This document shows, one piece after another, positions 18,386-29,970 of a DNA stretch of 64,000 nt (position 1 is the first letter of the stretch; each line of letters begins with the position of its first letter). A program made the translations under genes and the position numbers. Source of the stretch: Wickerhamiella versatilis (lineage: Eukaryota); assembly GCA_030867685.1 (NCBI GenBank), contig JAQOWU010000008.1, positions 992,001-1,056,000 on the forward strand, in the 5' to 3' direction. The notes beneath the pieces are model-generated. The model was not told where the DNA came from. It ran no database searches and saw only the letters and a list, made by a program, of their open reading frames with translations.

Positions 18386-21300
18386 ATGTTTGACTCGTAC
18401 GAGCCTGGCGCGCGGTGCTGGTTACCAGAAGCTCAGGCAGGATGGATTGGCGCTATCGTTAAGAGTAGAAGCGACAAAGAAGATGGTCGCACCACACGTT
18501 TATTGTTAGAGACAGAGGATGGCTCCACCACGGAAGTCACATTGGACGCGTCTAAGCCTGAAAGCCTCCCTCCACTGCGAAACCCACCAGCTCTAGAGGC
18601 AACAGAAGACCTCACGTCCCTATCGTATATGAATGAGCCTGAAGTCTTGAATACAATCCGGACGCGTCATGCTCAGCTCAACATATACACATTCAGTGGC
18701 ATCGTCTTAATCGCTACGAACCCGTATGCACAAGTAGACAACCTTTATACCCCCGAGATCATTCAGAGTTATGCCGGTATGCAACGTGGAGAGCGTGATC
18801 CACATCTCTTTTCTATTGCCGAAGATGCCTACCGATGCATGGTTAGGGATGACAAGAATCAGACAATTGTGGTCAGTGGAGAATCGGGTGCCGGCAAAAC
18901 CGTTTCTGCTAAGTACATTATGAGGTACTTCGCCACGGTTGAGGACCCTGAGCATCCTCGTGGGAATACACATGACGAGGAATTAAGTACGGTTGAGCGT
19001 GAGATCTTGGCCACAAACCCTATTATGGAGGCGTTTGGAAATGCGAAGACCTCCCGAAATGATAATTCGTCTCGGTTTGGAAAGTATCTCGAGATACAAT
19101 TCGACAAACGGGGTCATTTTGATATATGCGGGGCACGCATCCGTACTTATCTTCTAGAGCGCTCACGAATTGTCACGTATCCTAGCATCGAGCGTAATTA
19201 CCATATATTTTACCAGCTACTTCGTGGGGCTCCTGAGGATCTTAAGTCGCAGCTAGGCCTTACTGGTGTTGACGATTTCTTCTATCTGAATCAGGGTAAC
19301 ACTGTCATACCTGGAGTGGATGATGCCAAGGATTTTGCGGATACTTGCCAGGCATTATCTGTGGTTGGAATAACGGCACAGGAGCGCATCTGGGAAGTGC
19401 TTGCTGCTCTTGTTCACTTAGGAAATATTAATATCAAGGGAATGCGCTCTGGTGTATCCATCGCATCAGATGATCCGGCACTTCTTAAAGCTGTGGAGCT
19501 ACTGGGCCTGAATAAAAGCACTTTCCAGAAGTGGCTTATGAAGAAGCAAATTGTTATGCGCAGTGAAAAGATTGTCAGCGATCTTGACTTGAAGACCGCT
19601 CTAGCAGTTCGTGACTCTGTGGCCAAGTATATTTACAGTGCCCTATTTGACTGGCTGGTCAGTGCAGTCAATACCACCTTGGGTGCTGGAGCCCCTCCTG
19701 ATACTTCATTCATTGGCGTTCTCGATATCTATGGGTTTGAGCACTTCAAGACTAATTCGTTCGAGCAGTTTTGCATCAATTACGCCAACGAAAAGCTCCA
19801 GCAAGAGTTCAACCAGCATGTGTTCAAGCTTGAGCAAGAGGAGTATAAAGAGGAAGAAATCGATTGGACATATATAGACTTTGTGGACAATCAGCCATGC
19901 ATCGCCCTCATTGAGAATAAGCTAGGTATTCTTGGTCTCTTGGATGAGGAAACTCGGCTTCCCGCAGGTACTGACGAAGGTTTTGTGCAAAAGTTGTATT
20001 CGCAACTTGGTGATAAGCCTAATTTCTCTAAGCCTCGTATTGGTCAAAGCGCATTCACTGTCTCGCACTACGCCCATAATGTCACTTATGAATCCGAGGG
20101 CTTCTTGGCAAAGAATCGTGATACAGTGCCTGATCAAATTGTTGAAGTTTTGCAAGCTACGAGTAATCCGTTTTTGAAGCAGCTCTTTGATGCGATGCCC
20201 GATTCAGCACCGGCAGCAAAAAGTTCTAAGGCCGCACAAGGACCAAAACGAAAACCCACGCTGGGAAGTATGTTCAAGAATAGTCTCATCGAGCTGATGG
20301 ACACGATTAATTCGACCAATGCCCATTATATTCGATGTATCAAGCCTAATGAGCAAAAGCAAGCGTGGGCATTTGATGGTCCTATGGTGCTCAGCCAGCT
20401 GCGGGCATGTGGTGTTCTGGAGACCATTCGTATATCATCCGCTGGCTTTCCTAGTAGGTGGTTATACGAAGAATTCGCACGGCGTTATGAGCAACTGCTA
20501 CATTCCAGTGAACGTTTGAGTACGAATGACCCACAGGAATTATGTCGAAGGATTATTTCAAAGACTGGTCTTGAGCCCAAGCAGTATCAAATGGGTAAAA
20601 CAAAGTTGTTTTTGCGAGCTGGCTTGCTGGCGTCTTTGGAGAATTCTCGTTCTAAGCGACTACGTGATGCTGCTATCATTCTTCAAAAGCATATTGCCAC
20701 GTTATATCATCGCCGAAGGTATCTAGAAGCTACTGCATCACTCAAAGATTTCCAAAATTTGGTTCGTCGTTTCAATATATTACACAAGGTCCAGGGATGG
20801 CGAAGGGATGCATCTGCACAATATCTCCAGGCACAGCTTCGTGGCTACACCCAACGCAAGATCTTCACTTCTTCAAGGGAATCCGTCATCCGGCTACAGG
20901 CTGTCGTCAGAACTCGTGGTGCCAAAAAATTGGCTGTGCAGTTGCAGCAGGAAAATGCAGCGGTTGACGTGCAGTCACTTATCAGGGCCTTGAGATCGCG
21001 AAGGGTATATAATAGAGATCTTTACTATGTCACTAAAGCTCAGAGTTTAGTGCGTCGTCGTAGCGCTCTACGTGAAGCCAAGAAATTGCGCGAAGAACAG
21101 CATTCTGTCAGGCACTACGAGGAGGAACAGTATCGTATGGAAAACAAAGTCATCGAACTCCAGTCTGTGAACCAAGGATACCGTGAACAGATACGAAAGA
21201 TGGAGAATGAGTTGACGTCCTTGCGGAATGAACATGAGACTACTCAACGTGACATTTCTAAGAATTCAACGGTTTATGATGAGCTACAAACTAGCCACAA

Positions 21301-22960
21301 GAATGTCCAAGAGCAGTTGAATGAAGCTCAGAAACAAGTGCATGCTCTTTCTACAGAGTTGGAGACGACGCGACAAGTGTTGAAACAAACTCGCGATGCG
21401 ACAGGGCACAAGGATGAACTTATTGAAGGATTCGAACGGGAAATTCACGAGCTTCGTGAGCAGCTTCAGGCGACACAGACGGTACAAGCTGTACAGGCTT
21501 CAAGCAATATATCTCGGACCCACCGTCCAAGACTTTCTCAGACTTCGTTTGACAATCAGCAAGTGGTACCTGTTGCAGGTGAGGAAGCCGCTGTCAATAA
21601 CGAGATTGAGAAACTGTTAGTGAAGGATCACGCGGCTCGGGATGAGCTGGTTTCCAAAATTATTCGAAACTATGATGTTCCTACGCCTAAGCAAAACGAG
21701 CGTTTTAGATATCGTGATGTCATGTTCCCAGCGAATGTCATTAATCTTATGATTTCAGAAATGTGGAGACTAGGCTACGTGGTTGAGAGTGAAAAACTTA
21801 TTGGCACCATTTTGCGCAGCATTCAGGAAAACGTAGGGAAGTTTGGCGGTGAAAGGATGATACCAGTCGGTGCATTTTGGATGAGCAATGTCCAGGAAGT
21901 TTACAGCTTTCTCTGTCTAGCTGAAGACAATATATTGAGGTCTCAAACTTTGCGTAGTGAAATGACACAGAATGAGTTGTGGCAATATGAACAGCTTATA
22001 AGTATGGCGAAGTCTGACACCGCAACAGTCATGTTCAATGTTTATTTTATGTGGATGAAAGAGGTGAAGCGTATAGTTGACAAGATGATTGTACCTGCCG
22101 TCGTTGAGGAGCAAAGTTTACCCGGGTTCCAGCAAGAGCCTCAAACCCGTTTCCTTTCGAAACTTTTTACTACGCAACAACAGCCTAAGATGGATGATTT
22201 GATTACTTTACTTTCGAAAGTTTACACAGTTCTTACAGCCTTCCATCTTGAACCGGCGTATCGCCGTCAGCCTTTGGTGGAGCTACTGAATATGATTGGA
22301 GCGAAAGCATTCAATGATATGATCATGCGTAAGAATTTCTTGACATGGAAGCGTGCAGTCCAGATAAATTACAACGTTACGCGTATTGATGAATGGTGCA
22401 AGCATCACTCCCTTCCAGAAGGTGGCTTATCTCTTGAACGCATTCATCAAGCTGCCAAACTCTTACAGCTGAAGAAAAATTACGAATCCGAGGCAGGAAT
22501 TCTTTATGATATTTGCTGGAGCTTAACTCCCACTCAAATCCAACGTCTCATGACAAACTACTGCCAAAGTGATTACGAGCCTCCGATTCCAGCTAGTGTG
22601 CATCAATTTGTTGCAAGGCGTGTACGTGAAGACAAACACTCTTCAACTCAGCTTCTACTAGATTATCGTGGAGTCCAGGATAGTGGTCCATTTGAAATGA
22701 CGATACCCCGTCAATTGGAGCGCATCGATTCATATATCCCAGCCAACGTTGATGTGCCGCAATTGCGTTTCTTGGCTGAGTTGACAACACAGTATAGTCG
22801 GTTGATGGATCCTCAAAGACATCAATCCTCTGATGCTATTCCTGAAACTAATGGGAGTGATGTCCAGGCGCTTCCAGCTAAGGAAGATATTGTAGAGCCG
22901 GAGCAGCCCCCGCGTGCTGCTTCTAACAGCCAGGTTGTCATGGAAAATATCGAGGAATAG
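18386..22960 (+). CDS. MYO2: Class V myosin
   Basis: GESGAGKT, EAFGNAKT, NDNSSRFGK, LDIYGFE, IQ repeats, coiled coil and DIL cargo domain. First ATG 18386. Confidence 0.97.
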   Translation: MFDSYEPGARCWLPEAQAGWIGAIVKSRSDKEDGRTTRLLLETEDGSTTEVTLDASKPESLPPLRNPPALEATEDLTSLSYMNEPEVLNTIRTRHAQLNIYTFSGIVLIATNPYAQVDNLYTPEIIQSYAGMQRGERDPHLFSIAEDAYRCMVRDDKNQTIVVSGESGAGKTVSAKYIMRYFATVEDPEHPRGNTHDEELSTVEREILATNPIMEAFGNAKTSRNDNSSRFGKYLEIQFDKRGHFDICGARIRTYLLERSRIVTYPSIERNYHIFYQLLRGAPEDLKSQLGLTGVDDFFYLNQGNTVIPGVDDAKDFADTCQALSVVGITAQERIWEVLAALVHLGNINIKGMRSGVSIASDDPALLKAVELLGLNKSTFQKWLMKKQIVMRSEKIVSDLDLKTALAVRDSVAKYIYSALFDWLVSAVNTTLGAGAPPDTSFIGVLDIYGFEHFKTNSFEQFCINYANEKLQQEFNQHVFKLEQEEYKEEEIDWTYIDFVDNQPCIALIENKLGILGLLDEETRLPAGTDEGFVQKLYSQLGDKPNFSKPRIGQSAFTVSHYAHNVTYESEGFLAKNRDTVPDQIVEVLQATSNPFLKQLFDAMPDSAPAAKSSKAAQGPKRKPTLGSMFKNSLIELMDTINSTNAHYIRCIKPNEQKQAWAFDGPMVLSQLRACGVLETIRISSAGFPSRWLYEEFARRYEQLLHSSERLSTNDPQELCRRIISKTGLEPKQYQMGKTKLFLRAGLLASLENSRSKRLRDAAIILQKHIATLYHRRRYLEATASLKDFQNLVRRFNILHKVQGWRRDASAQYLQAQLRGYTQRKIFTSSRESVIRLQAVVRTRGAKKLAVQLQQENAAVDVQSLIRALRSRRVYNRDLYYVTKAQSLVRRRSALREAKKLREEQHSVRHYEEEQYRMENKVIELQSVNQGYREQIRKMENELTSLRNEHETTQRDISKNSTVYDELQTSHKNVQEQLNEAQKQVHALSTELETTRQVLKQTRDATGHKDELIEGFEREIHELREQLQATQTVQAVQASSNISRTHRPRLSQTSFDNQQVVPVAGEEAAVNNEIEKLLVKDHAARDELVSKIIRNYDVPTPKQNERFRYRDVMFPANVINLMISEMWRLGYVVESEKLIGTILRSIQENVGKFGGERMIPVGAFWMSNVQEVYSFLCLAEDNILRSQTLRSEMTQNELWQYEQLISMAKSDTATVMFNVYFMWMKEVKRIVDKMIVPAVVEEQSLPGFQQEPQTRFLSKLFTTQQQPKMDDLITLLSKVYTVLTAFHLEPAYRRQPLVELLNMIGAKAFNDMIMRKNFLTWKRAVQINYNVTRIDEWCKHHSLPEGGLSLERIHQAAKLLQLKKNYESEAGILYDICWSLTPTQIQRLMTNYCQSDYEPPIPASVHQFVARRVREDKHSSTQLLLDYRGVQDSGPFEMTIPRQLERIDSYIPANVDVPQLRFLAELTTQYSRLMDPQRHQSSDAIPETNGSDVQALPAKEDIVEPEQPPRAASNSQVVMENIEE

Positions 22961-23334
22961 ATATGTTTCCCACTGTATCCAACGCAGTTTTAATCAATCT
23001 TTAAATTAGATAAAGCTCAATATGCTGTTGAGATTTCTTAACTTATTATAACCTCGTCTGAATGTTTGGACACTCGATTGCATTAGATGTCGATTAGTTA
23101 TCCAATATGAAATCAACTATATGCCGTGATCACAAAGAGGCGTATGAATTCTGCCATCTCCCCGACCCAGCTGAATATACACACTAGGTGTATAAGTATA
23201 TATATATAGATAACATCGAACTCATTAAAGAATGCCCACTTGAAACTTGGAAAGGAGAAATTAGGGAGCACCATATAATTAGTAATAGGTGTGTACACCT
23301 TAGATATCGTAAACAGCGGCAAGCGCACGCTGCG

Positions 23335-25329
23335 ATGATGAAAGGGTGGACACGGCGTTTAGGCCGAAGTAAAAGCTCGTCCGATAAGAGCCGCAAGCAA
23401 AGTGAATCTTCTACTAGCAGCGCGCCATCAGATATCAGGCCTGAGGCACTGGACGTGAATAATACCACTGTCTCGTCAAGGCGCGAGAAGCCCAGCAAGA
23501 GCGAATCTAAAGGCTCCAGTTCACGGAACAGTGGAACCCCAGCATTGAATATTGTGACTCCACAAACTGTCAGTGCACCTCAGATGGCCACGCCAGTTGC
23601 GCCTGATCGCGCGGCTGTCCACGACGACGCGCTGCGCCCTGCGCTGGGTAGCGGTAGCCCTCCATTAGGTCGTCTTATGGCACAACAACTTGGCCAAATG
23701 GATGGCATCCAGACACCCACACGGCATAATTCATCTATGCTCGAGATCAGCCAGGAGCGACAGCTTGAGCAATTACCTGCATTCGAGGAGGTTCCTCCGA
23801 AAGAACACTATTCACTATTCCTGCAAAAAGTTGAACAATGCTGCGTGGTATTCAACTTTAGTGATCCAGGAAGTGATATGATGGGTAAGGAGATCAAGCG
23901 CATCACTCTTTGCGAGCTCATCGAATATATTTCGACCACAGAAATCTTTATCAATGATCAGATGTATCGAGAGGTGATAAGAATGTTCAGTAAGAACGTT
24001 ATTCGATCTATTCCACCGCCGAAAAACCCTTTTGGTGATATTTTCGACCCAGATGATGATGAGCCTGTAAACGTTGACGCATGGCCACACATGAGTCTGG
24101 TATACGAGTTTTTCTTAAGATTTGTGGATGCACCAGACTTCAATGTTACTACTGCCAAACAGTATATCGATCAGCACTTCGTACTTTCGCTTTTAGAGCT
24201 CTTTGATAGTGAGGACCCTCGCGAACGTGATTATCTGAAAACGGTGCTTCATAGGATATATGGCAAATTCCTTACTCTACGTCCGTTCATCAGACGCAGT
24301 GTCAACAACGTATTTACTCAGTTCATTTATGAAACTGGAAGATTCAATGGAATAGCGGAACTTTTGGAAATATATGGAAGCATCATCAATGGATTTGCGA
24401 TTCCACTCAAGGAAGAACATAAGATTTTCCTCAAGAGGGTTCTCATACCCCTCCACACGGCGCGTTCACTGGGCTTATACCACTCACATTTAACATACTG
24501 TGTCGTTCAGTTCCTGGAAAAGGATCCCACCCTCACCGAGGAAGTAATTCATGGTTTACTACGCTACTGGCCAAAGACCAGCTCGCCAAAAGAAATATTA
24601 TTCCTGCTGGAACTTGAGGATATTTTTGATACCATGGAACCCTCTGAATTTGTGAAGGTTGAGGTGCCACTTTTTGAGCAACTCGCCAGATGTATTTCGT
24701 CTCCTCATGGACAAGTAGCTGAGCGGGCTCTCTATAATTGGACCCATGAGTACTTCAGCACACTCGTTGCTGAGAACAGTGAGACTATTCTGCCTATTAT
24801 TTTTGGATCCTTAAGAGAGAACGCCGGTCATTGGAACAGGAATATCCATGGTATGGTGTTCAACGCATCCAAAATGTTCTTGGAGACTAATCCCCAACTT
24901 TATGACCGGTGTGCTGCTGAATATCGTGAGCGCAAGCGCTTTGAAAGAGAGCGTGGAACTGTTTTGAAACAGAAATGGGACGTAATAGAGCGCATGGCTG
25001 CACAGAGGGTCAAAGAAAGAAAGCAGCCTGCTACGGAAGAGGGGACAGATGCGAAGGCTCATCGAGCAACGTTGGCAGATTATCAGGGCGAAAACTTGGT
25101 CTCTCCGGTTGCTGTGACCCAGTCACAACCAGCTACCCCTTCTCAAACCCAAACTGCGGCACCCACAAGGAATCCTTTATTACCACAGCGCTCTGGGCTG
25201 AGTGGGCCGAGCCAAACTAGTGTAACTTCTGATGAGGGTGAATTCGAGGATGCGCCAAGTCCGGCGTCTCCAACGCTTCTCTCTTGCCCCCCATCACCAG
25301 AGGAAGAACACACGCCTATCCACGACTAG
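23335..25329 (+). CDS. RTS1: PP2A B56 regulatory subunit
   Basis: [52 protein letters not shown]. First ATG 23335. Confidence 0.95.
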   Translation: MMKGWTRRLGRSKSSSDKSRKQSESSTSSAPSDIRPEALDVNNTTVSSRREKPSKSESKGSSSRNSGTPALNIVTPQTVSAPQMATPVAPDRAAVHDDALRPALGSGSPPLGRLMAQQLGQMDGIQTPTRHNSSMLEISQERQLEQLPAFEEVPPKEHYSLFLQKVEQCCVVFNFSDPGSDMMGKEIKRITLCELIEYISTTEIFINDQMYREVIRMFSKNVIRSIPPPKNPFGDIFDPDDDEPVNVDAWPHMSLVYEFFLRFVDAPDFNVTTAKQYIDQHFVLSLLELFDSEDPRERDYLKTVLHRIYGKFLTLRPFIRRSVNNVFTQFIYETGRFNGIAELLEIYGSIINGFAIPLKEEHKIFLKRVLIPLHTARSLGLYHSHLTYCVVQFLEKDPTLTEEVIHGLLRYWPKTSSPKEILFLLELEDIFDTMEPSEFVKVEVPLFEQLARCISSPHGQVAERALYNWTHEYFSTLVAENSETILPIIFGSLRENAGHWNRNIHGMVFNASKMFLETNPQLYDRCAAEYRERKRFERERGTVLKQKWDVIERMAAQRVKERKQPATEEGTDAKAHRATLADYQGENLVSPVAVTQSQPATPSQTQTAAPTRNPLLPQRSGLSGPSQTSVTSDEGEFEDAPSPASPTLLSCPPSPEEEHTPIHD

Positions 25330-25453
25330 TATACTTAGCATTGATCATTTAAACAAGGGCATATCTTTGTTAGAAAAGGACGAAGACGTGGCATCTCATG
25401 TCGATGCTTCGCTTTAGCAGAAAATATATGAAATATAAAGTTATCTATGTACA

Positions 25454-26263
25454 TTATTCTGAGGATAGTGCCTCGTTACGTGTGAACCCATCTGCCACAG
25501 CAATACTAGTATCGTTCTTTTCAAGTTCATGCAAGCGAGCAACTAACGGACTCTCTGTCGTCCTAACAGTACGAACAGTTTTTTTCACTTGCGGTGGATT
25601 GGGAGCACCAACCAGGTAACCACGGCTAGAGGGATCACGGTAGAACTCAATATTACGACGGTCGGATGGTCTTGCACGGAGTGGTAATCGGGCAAACTTT
25701 TTTAGCACTGCCTCTGGACGAGTGAGAGCTCGAATACCGAGGCTATTATAATATTCTGCGGTGAATTTACCCCCTAAGCTCTCGATTTTGTCGATGGCCT
25801 GTGGGGTAGCACGTGTAGCACTAATCGTTAGTTTTGACATAAATGAATCACTACCACCTCCCAGAATTTTGATGCCATGACGTGCATTAGCCCCCAAAGC
25901 TCTGCTGCGATACAGCTCGCGCATGGTCACTGGCTTCGATGGGTCGATCCGGCCACTGTTGATGAGCTGCTGTATCGTATCAAGATTCAAGGTGGCCGGT
26001 TTAGGGATCTTAGACCTGAATCCAACTTTTGGAAACAACTTTGTTATAGGAGTCTGTCCACCTTCAAACCATGGCTTAACTGATGCTCTCGCCTTTTGAC
26101 CTTTTTGACCGCGACCCGAAGTCTTACCACGACCACTACCAGGACCACGACCTACTCGTGTCTGCTGCTTTGTGGAACCACTTGAAGGACCAAGTTCTGA
26201 CAGTGCACCCAGTCTCCAGCTGGACGTACTAAACAACCGTCTGGCTGTCCTAGCGAAAGTCAT
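25454..26263 (-). CDS. MRPL10: Mitochondrial ribosomal protein uL15m
   Basis: RVGRGPGSGRGKTSGRGQKGQKAR, WFEGGQTP. The presequence starts at ATG 26263; an alternative in-frame ATG lies at 26356. Confidence 0.92.
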   Translation of the reverse strand: MTFARTARRLFSTSSWRLGALSELGPSSGSTKQQTRVGRGPGSGRGKTSGRGQKGQKARASVKPWFEGGQTPITKLFPKVGFRSKIPKPATLNLDTIQQLINSGRIDPSKPVTMRELYRSRALGANARHGIKILGGGSDSFMSKLTISATRATPQAIDKIESLGGKFTAEYYNSLGIRALTRPEAVLKKFARLPLRARPSDRRNIEFYRDPSSRGYLVGAPNPPQVKKTVRTVRTTESPLVARLHELEKNDTSIAVADGFTRNEALSSE

Positions 26264-26480
26264 GAGACGTCTATGACTAATGGGTAATTCCAGGTACTGA
26301 AGAGTATGAAGTGACCTGGATCTGCTGAACAACTTGCAATACGAAGACTGAAACATTTAAATTATCTTAATTATTTCAAATCTAGTAGCTTCAATGAAGT
26401 TCTATTAAATTGTTGACGGGGCCTTCAGAACAGTAGAAGGACTCGGAAAGGTGGATTACAAATCCACCATTGGGCACCAA

Positions 26481-27953
26481 ATGCACTCATCGATCTTGCA
26501 CAATCTGGGTGGACGCCGTAGGGGAGACCATGCTGAGCAAAGTCCATCCCCTAATTTAAACCCTGTCAAGACAGGTGGGTCGGTCCGGTCTACAGGGTCG
26601 TCAGATCAGCCGGCGCGTTCTAATGTTGAACCACTGGCGTTAGCTTTCCGAATCGAGACACCCCCCATTGTGATGTATGGACCGCCTAATGAAAGTGTTG
26701 GGGCTATGTTATCCGGTGTTTTGGATATGAATGTTACTGGGGATGAGAATGTCACAGTTACCAATGCATCTATGGCGGTCATCCAGGAAATTCATTTCAA
26801 GAATTTACCTTCCCATGTTGCTTCTGTTCTTCCTGCCCAGTTACGCGTGGAAGAACTGGCTGTTTGGCAGGTGCTCGATCACGAAAGTGTATTCAGGCCG
26901 AACGTGACCTTTAACTATCCATTCTCGCATTTGCTTCCTGGGGCGTTACCACCAACATGTTCTTCAAGTCTCTTCACAGTCAAATATCTGCTTGTGGCAA
27001 AAGTCATGGTATCTGGAGGTCACAAAGTGGAAATTGTATCTAACCTCCATGTTGGTAGGTCAGTTCCCCTTGTGCAAGATAAAACCAGTGTTCGGGTGTT
27101 TCCTCCAACAGAACTCACCCTAAGCATGATAGTCCCCAGTGCTGTCTTTCCCAAGTCCGATTACCCTGCAGAACTTCGTCTTGAAGGCATTATAGGTCCA
27201 AAAGATCCTAGTACTGGGCGCATAAGGCGTTGGATAGTAAAAAAGATCAGTTGGCGAATGCAGGAAGTGACCGTACTGACGCCTCCTGAATCAGAGCCGT
27301 ACGAGCATCGTCGAATAGTTGCCACGGGCCAACATAAATCTGGTTGGAAGACAGACTTTCATATTGAGAAGGGTCTGGTGGAGTATTCAGTCCCAAATTT
27401 CTGTCCTAACGCGCTTGATTCCGTCTCCTGTGATGTGCAAGATAGTGTGGCGGGAATTTCTTTGAGCCATAACTTAATAGTCGAAATCCTCATTGCTGAG
27501 GAGATGCTGGCGAGCAGCAGCCAGCGGCAGCCTGTCCTAACAGGATCGGCCCGGATTTTGCGTATGCAGTTCAGCACGCAGGTCACGGAGAGGCCCGGCC
27601 TTGGTATATCTTGGGAAGATGAGGTTCCTCCCATGTATGCAGATGTCCCGCTAAGCCCGCCCACCTATGATACTGTTGCGAATATGCCTAGCTTGGAAGA
27701 AATTTCGAACATGACGTTCAGTCCAGCTGTAATGCCACAAGTTCCATCGCCTTCTCCTACATTTCGCCATGTCGACCCTTCACTCAGGGAACCTGAGTTC
27801 TTGCCGACAACAGCTGCCGCGCGCCTGGCGCGTTTACGCCTTCACAGGGATGGTGGTGATAACTTACTTGCACCTAGTATGAGTGCTCCTGTGGTCGACT
27901 CGAGTCGTAGAAAGAGAGGTACTACTGATCTCAGAAGAGTAAAGGAGGCTTAA
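26481..27953 (+). CDS. LDB19: Arrestin-related trafficking adaptor
   Basis: IETPPIVMYG...GAMLSG, YPFSHLLPG, SVRVFPPT, GWKTDF, GLGISWEDEVPPMY and PPTY motifs. Confidence 0.88.
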   Translation: MHSSILHNLGGRRRGDHAEQSPSPNLNPVKTGGSVRSTGSSDQPARSNVEPLALAFRIETPPIVMYGPPNESVGAMLSGVLDMNVTGDENVTVTNASMAVIQEIHFKNLPSHVASVLPAQLRVEELAVWQVLDHESVFRPNVTFNYPFSHLLPGALPPTCSSSLFTVKYLLVAKVMVSGGHKVEIVSNLHVGRSVPLVQDKTSVRVFPPTELTLSMIVPSAVFPKSDYPAELRLEGIIGPKDPSTGRIRRWIVKKISWRMQEVTVLTPPESEPYEHRRIVATGQHKSGWKTDFHIEKGLVEYSVPNFCPNALDSVSCDVQDSVAGISLSHNLIVEILIAEEMLASSSQRQPVLTGSARILRMQFSTQVTERPGLGISWEDEVPPMYADVPLSPPTYDTVANMPSLEEISNMTFSPAVMPQVPSPSPTFRHVDPSLREPEFLPTTAAARLARLRLHRDGGDNLLAPSMSAPVVDSSRRKRGTTDLRRVKEA

Positions 27954-28074
27954 GTTTTTTTTCTATTTATTTCTAAGATATATCGCATTTGGTGTAGTAG
28001 TCGATTAAACCCTTTCGCCAATTGTATCCTTCGTAGTAAGATCACCTAATCAGTAATCTCTGTTATCACATATC

Positions 28075-28719
28075 ATGGTGGACTCACAAAATGTGCTGGT
28101 GCTGCCGCAGACGAACCAAATAAAAGGCTTGTACACCGTTATTAGAAATGTGAATACTGTGCGCAATGAGTTCATTTTTTTTGCAGATCGCATTATCAGG
28201 CTCCTAGTGGAACGAGGACTGGATCTTCTGCCAGTGGAACCAATGTCGGTTCCTACGGCTATGGGTGAAACATACGATGGTGTAAGGTTTAAGGGGAAAA
28301 TTTGCGGTGTGAGTATCATGCGAGCCGGTGAAAGCATGGAACAGGGACTACGAGAGTGCTGCCGCTCTGTTCGCATTGGAAAAATTTTGATTCAACGAGA
28401 CGAAGAGACCGCCAAGCCAAGACTTTTCTACGACAAATTGCCCAGCGATATTTCGGAGAGATATGTATTTTTGCTGGATCCGATGTTAGCCACTGGTGGC
28501 AGCGCTCTGATGGCTGTAGATGTGCTTAAAAACAGGGGTGTACCGCCGGAGCGGATCATTTTCTTGAACTTAATTGCATCTCCCGAAGGTATTCAGAAAT
28601 TCACAGCCATTCATCCGCAAGTTCAGATTGTTACTGGCTGTGTTGATGAAGGCCTTGACGAAAATCATTTCATTCGTCCAGGACTTGGCGACTTCGGTGA
28701 TAGATATTATTGTACTTAA
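28075..28719 (+). CDS. FUR1: Uracil phosphoribosyltransferase
   Basis: SIMRAGESME, LLDPMLATGGS, PGLGDFGDRY. Confidence 0.97.
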   Translation: MVDSQNVLVLPQTNQIKGLYTVIRNVNTVRNEFIFFADRIIRLLVERGLDLLPVEPMSVPTAMGETYDGVRFKGKICGVSIMRAGESMEQGLRECCRSVRIGKILIQRDEETAKPRLFYDKLPSDISERYVFLLDPMLATGGSALMAVDVLKNRGVPPERIIFLNLIASPEGIQKFTAIHPQVQIVTGCVDEGLDENHFIRPGLGDFGDRYYCT

Positions 28720-28843
28720 CTAGCGAGTTGCTTCTTGTTGTTATAACGCTTGTATATTATTATGTTAGCCTATAGATTCATCCAGGTCCCTTCATTTGCT
28801 CACTTAAAAGGTTGAGCTTACGTCATATTTATTTTTCACTCTG

Positions 28844-29536
28844 ATGCCGAAATCAAGCAGAAATCAGGTCGTGTCCCTTACACGTACGGAAAAGAAAGGG
28901 AGAGAAAATAAAGAGCGTATAGCTGATGATATCAGAGCGTCTATGGACAAGTATGCTTATATTTGGGTCCTAAATGTCCAGAACATGCGTAACAATTTTC
29001 TTAAAGAGATCCGCCAAGCTTGGGAGGGCTCGCGTATACTATTTGGACGTACGAAGTTAATGCAAAAGGTGATTGGCAGGAGCGCTGAAGATGAATATCT
29101 TGACAATGCTCATGAACTCTCGAAAATTATCGTTGGTGATGTTGGTCTTCTATTCACAAATGAGGAGCCTGAGGTTGTGAAATCCTGGTTTTCCTCCTAT
29201 GTTAAAACTGACTACGCACGATCGGGCCAAGTATCACCAATTGACTTCGTTGTCCCAGAGGGAATAGTTTATTCCACTGGAGGTCAACAACCTATTGACG
29301 ATGATGTTCCTTTGGCCCACTCTCTGGAATCAACATTACGCCAGCTTGGCATGCCGACACGCCTTGTAAAGGGAAAGATAATTTTGTCGGAGCCCTACAC
29401 AGTTTGTAAGAAAGGTGATGTTCTCAACAGCAAGCAAGCACAGCTTCTTAAGCAATTCGGTTGCCCATGTGCAGAATTCAAAATAAAACTTTTAGGACTG
29501 TATTCCAAGAACAGTTCGGAAACCGAAGTATTTTAG
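28844..29536 (+). CDS. MRT4: Ribosome assembly factor Mrt4
   Basis: MPKSSRNQVVSLTRTEKKGRENK, NMRNNFLKEIR, GDVGLLFT. Confidence 0.95.
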   Translation: MPKSSRNQVVSLTRTEKKGRENKERIADDIRASMDKYAYIWVLNVQNMRNNFLKEIRQAWEGSRILFGRTKLMQKVIGRSAEDEYLDNAHELSKIIVGDVGLLFTNEEPEVVKSWFSSYVKTDYARSGQVSPIDFVVPEGIVYSTGGQQPIDDDVPLAHSLESTLRQLGMPTRLVKGKIILSEPYTVCKKGDVLNSKQAQLLKQFGCPCAEFKIKLLGLYSKNSSETEVF

Positions 29537-29565
29537 GCATATCATTGATTATATAATAGATCTTT

Positions 29566-29970
29566 ATGGCTCGAGGAAAAGATCTGGATATAGGATATCC
29601 ACCAGATGATTTGGATAATAATGAAGTCATTTCTAAAGTACTGGTTAATAAAGGCACCAGCTTTGAGGTAGAGTTAGCCCCAAGTCATATTCAGAAAGCT
29701 ACGGCAGCGCTTGAAACAGATGAGCCACAAACGACTCTTGTCGTAAGTTTGTCTCCAGTACTTCGTAACAAGTACTTTATTCGCCGTGGTGGGTTAGTTG
29801 TTGTTGCATTAGAAGATCGTGGAAAAGTCAAAGGAGAAATAATAAACTTGATTGCTGATACTAGAGAGTGGCAAAAAATGCCGTGGTGGCCATCTGAATA
29901 TGTCGAGAAACGAGATACCGTTGCCCTCGATCTGCCACCATCGGATTCCGACTATGAAGAGGAGTATTGA
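29566..29970 (+). CDS. eIF1A-domain (EIF1AD-like) S1/OB-fold protein
   Basis: LRNKYFIRRGGLVVV...GKVKGEI...WQKMPWWP...DLPPSDSD pattern. Confidence 0.8.
   Translation: MARGKDLDIGYPPDDLDNNEVISKVLVNKGTSFEVELAPSHIQKATAALETDEPQTTLVVSLSPVLRNKYFIRRGGLVVVALEDRGKVKGEIINLIADTREWQKMPWWPSEYVEKRDTVALDLPPSDSDYEEEY

Noticed and set aside
18338-23334. Non-AUG N-terminal extensions of MYO2 and RTS1 in the ORF track
   Set aside because: Artefacts of allowing TTG/GTG starts. The extensions look non-coding, and homology begins at or after the first ATG.
28717-28746. FUR1 stop context TAA-CTAG as a readthrough signal
   Set aside because: The efficient motif is usually UGA-CUA, and the extension (LASCFLLL) has no PTS1 or CaaX.
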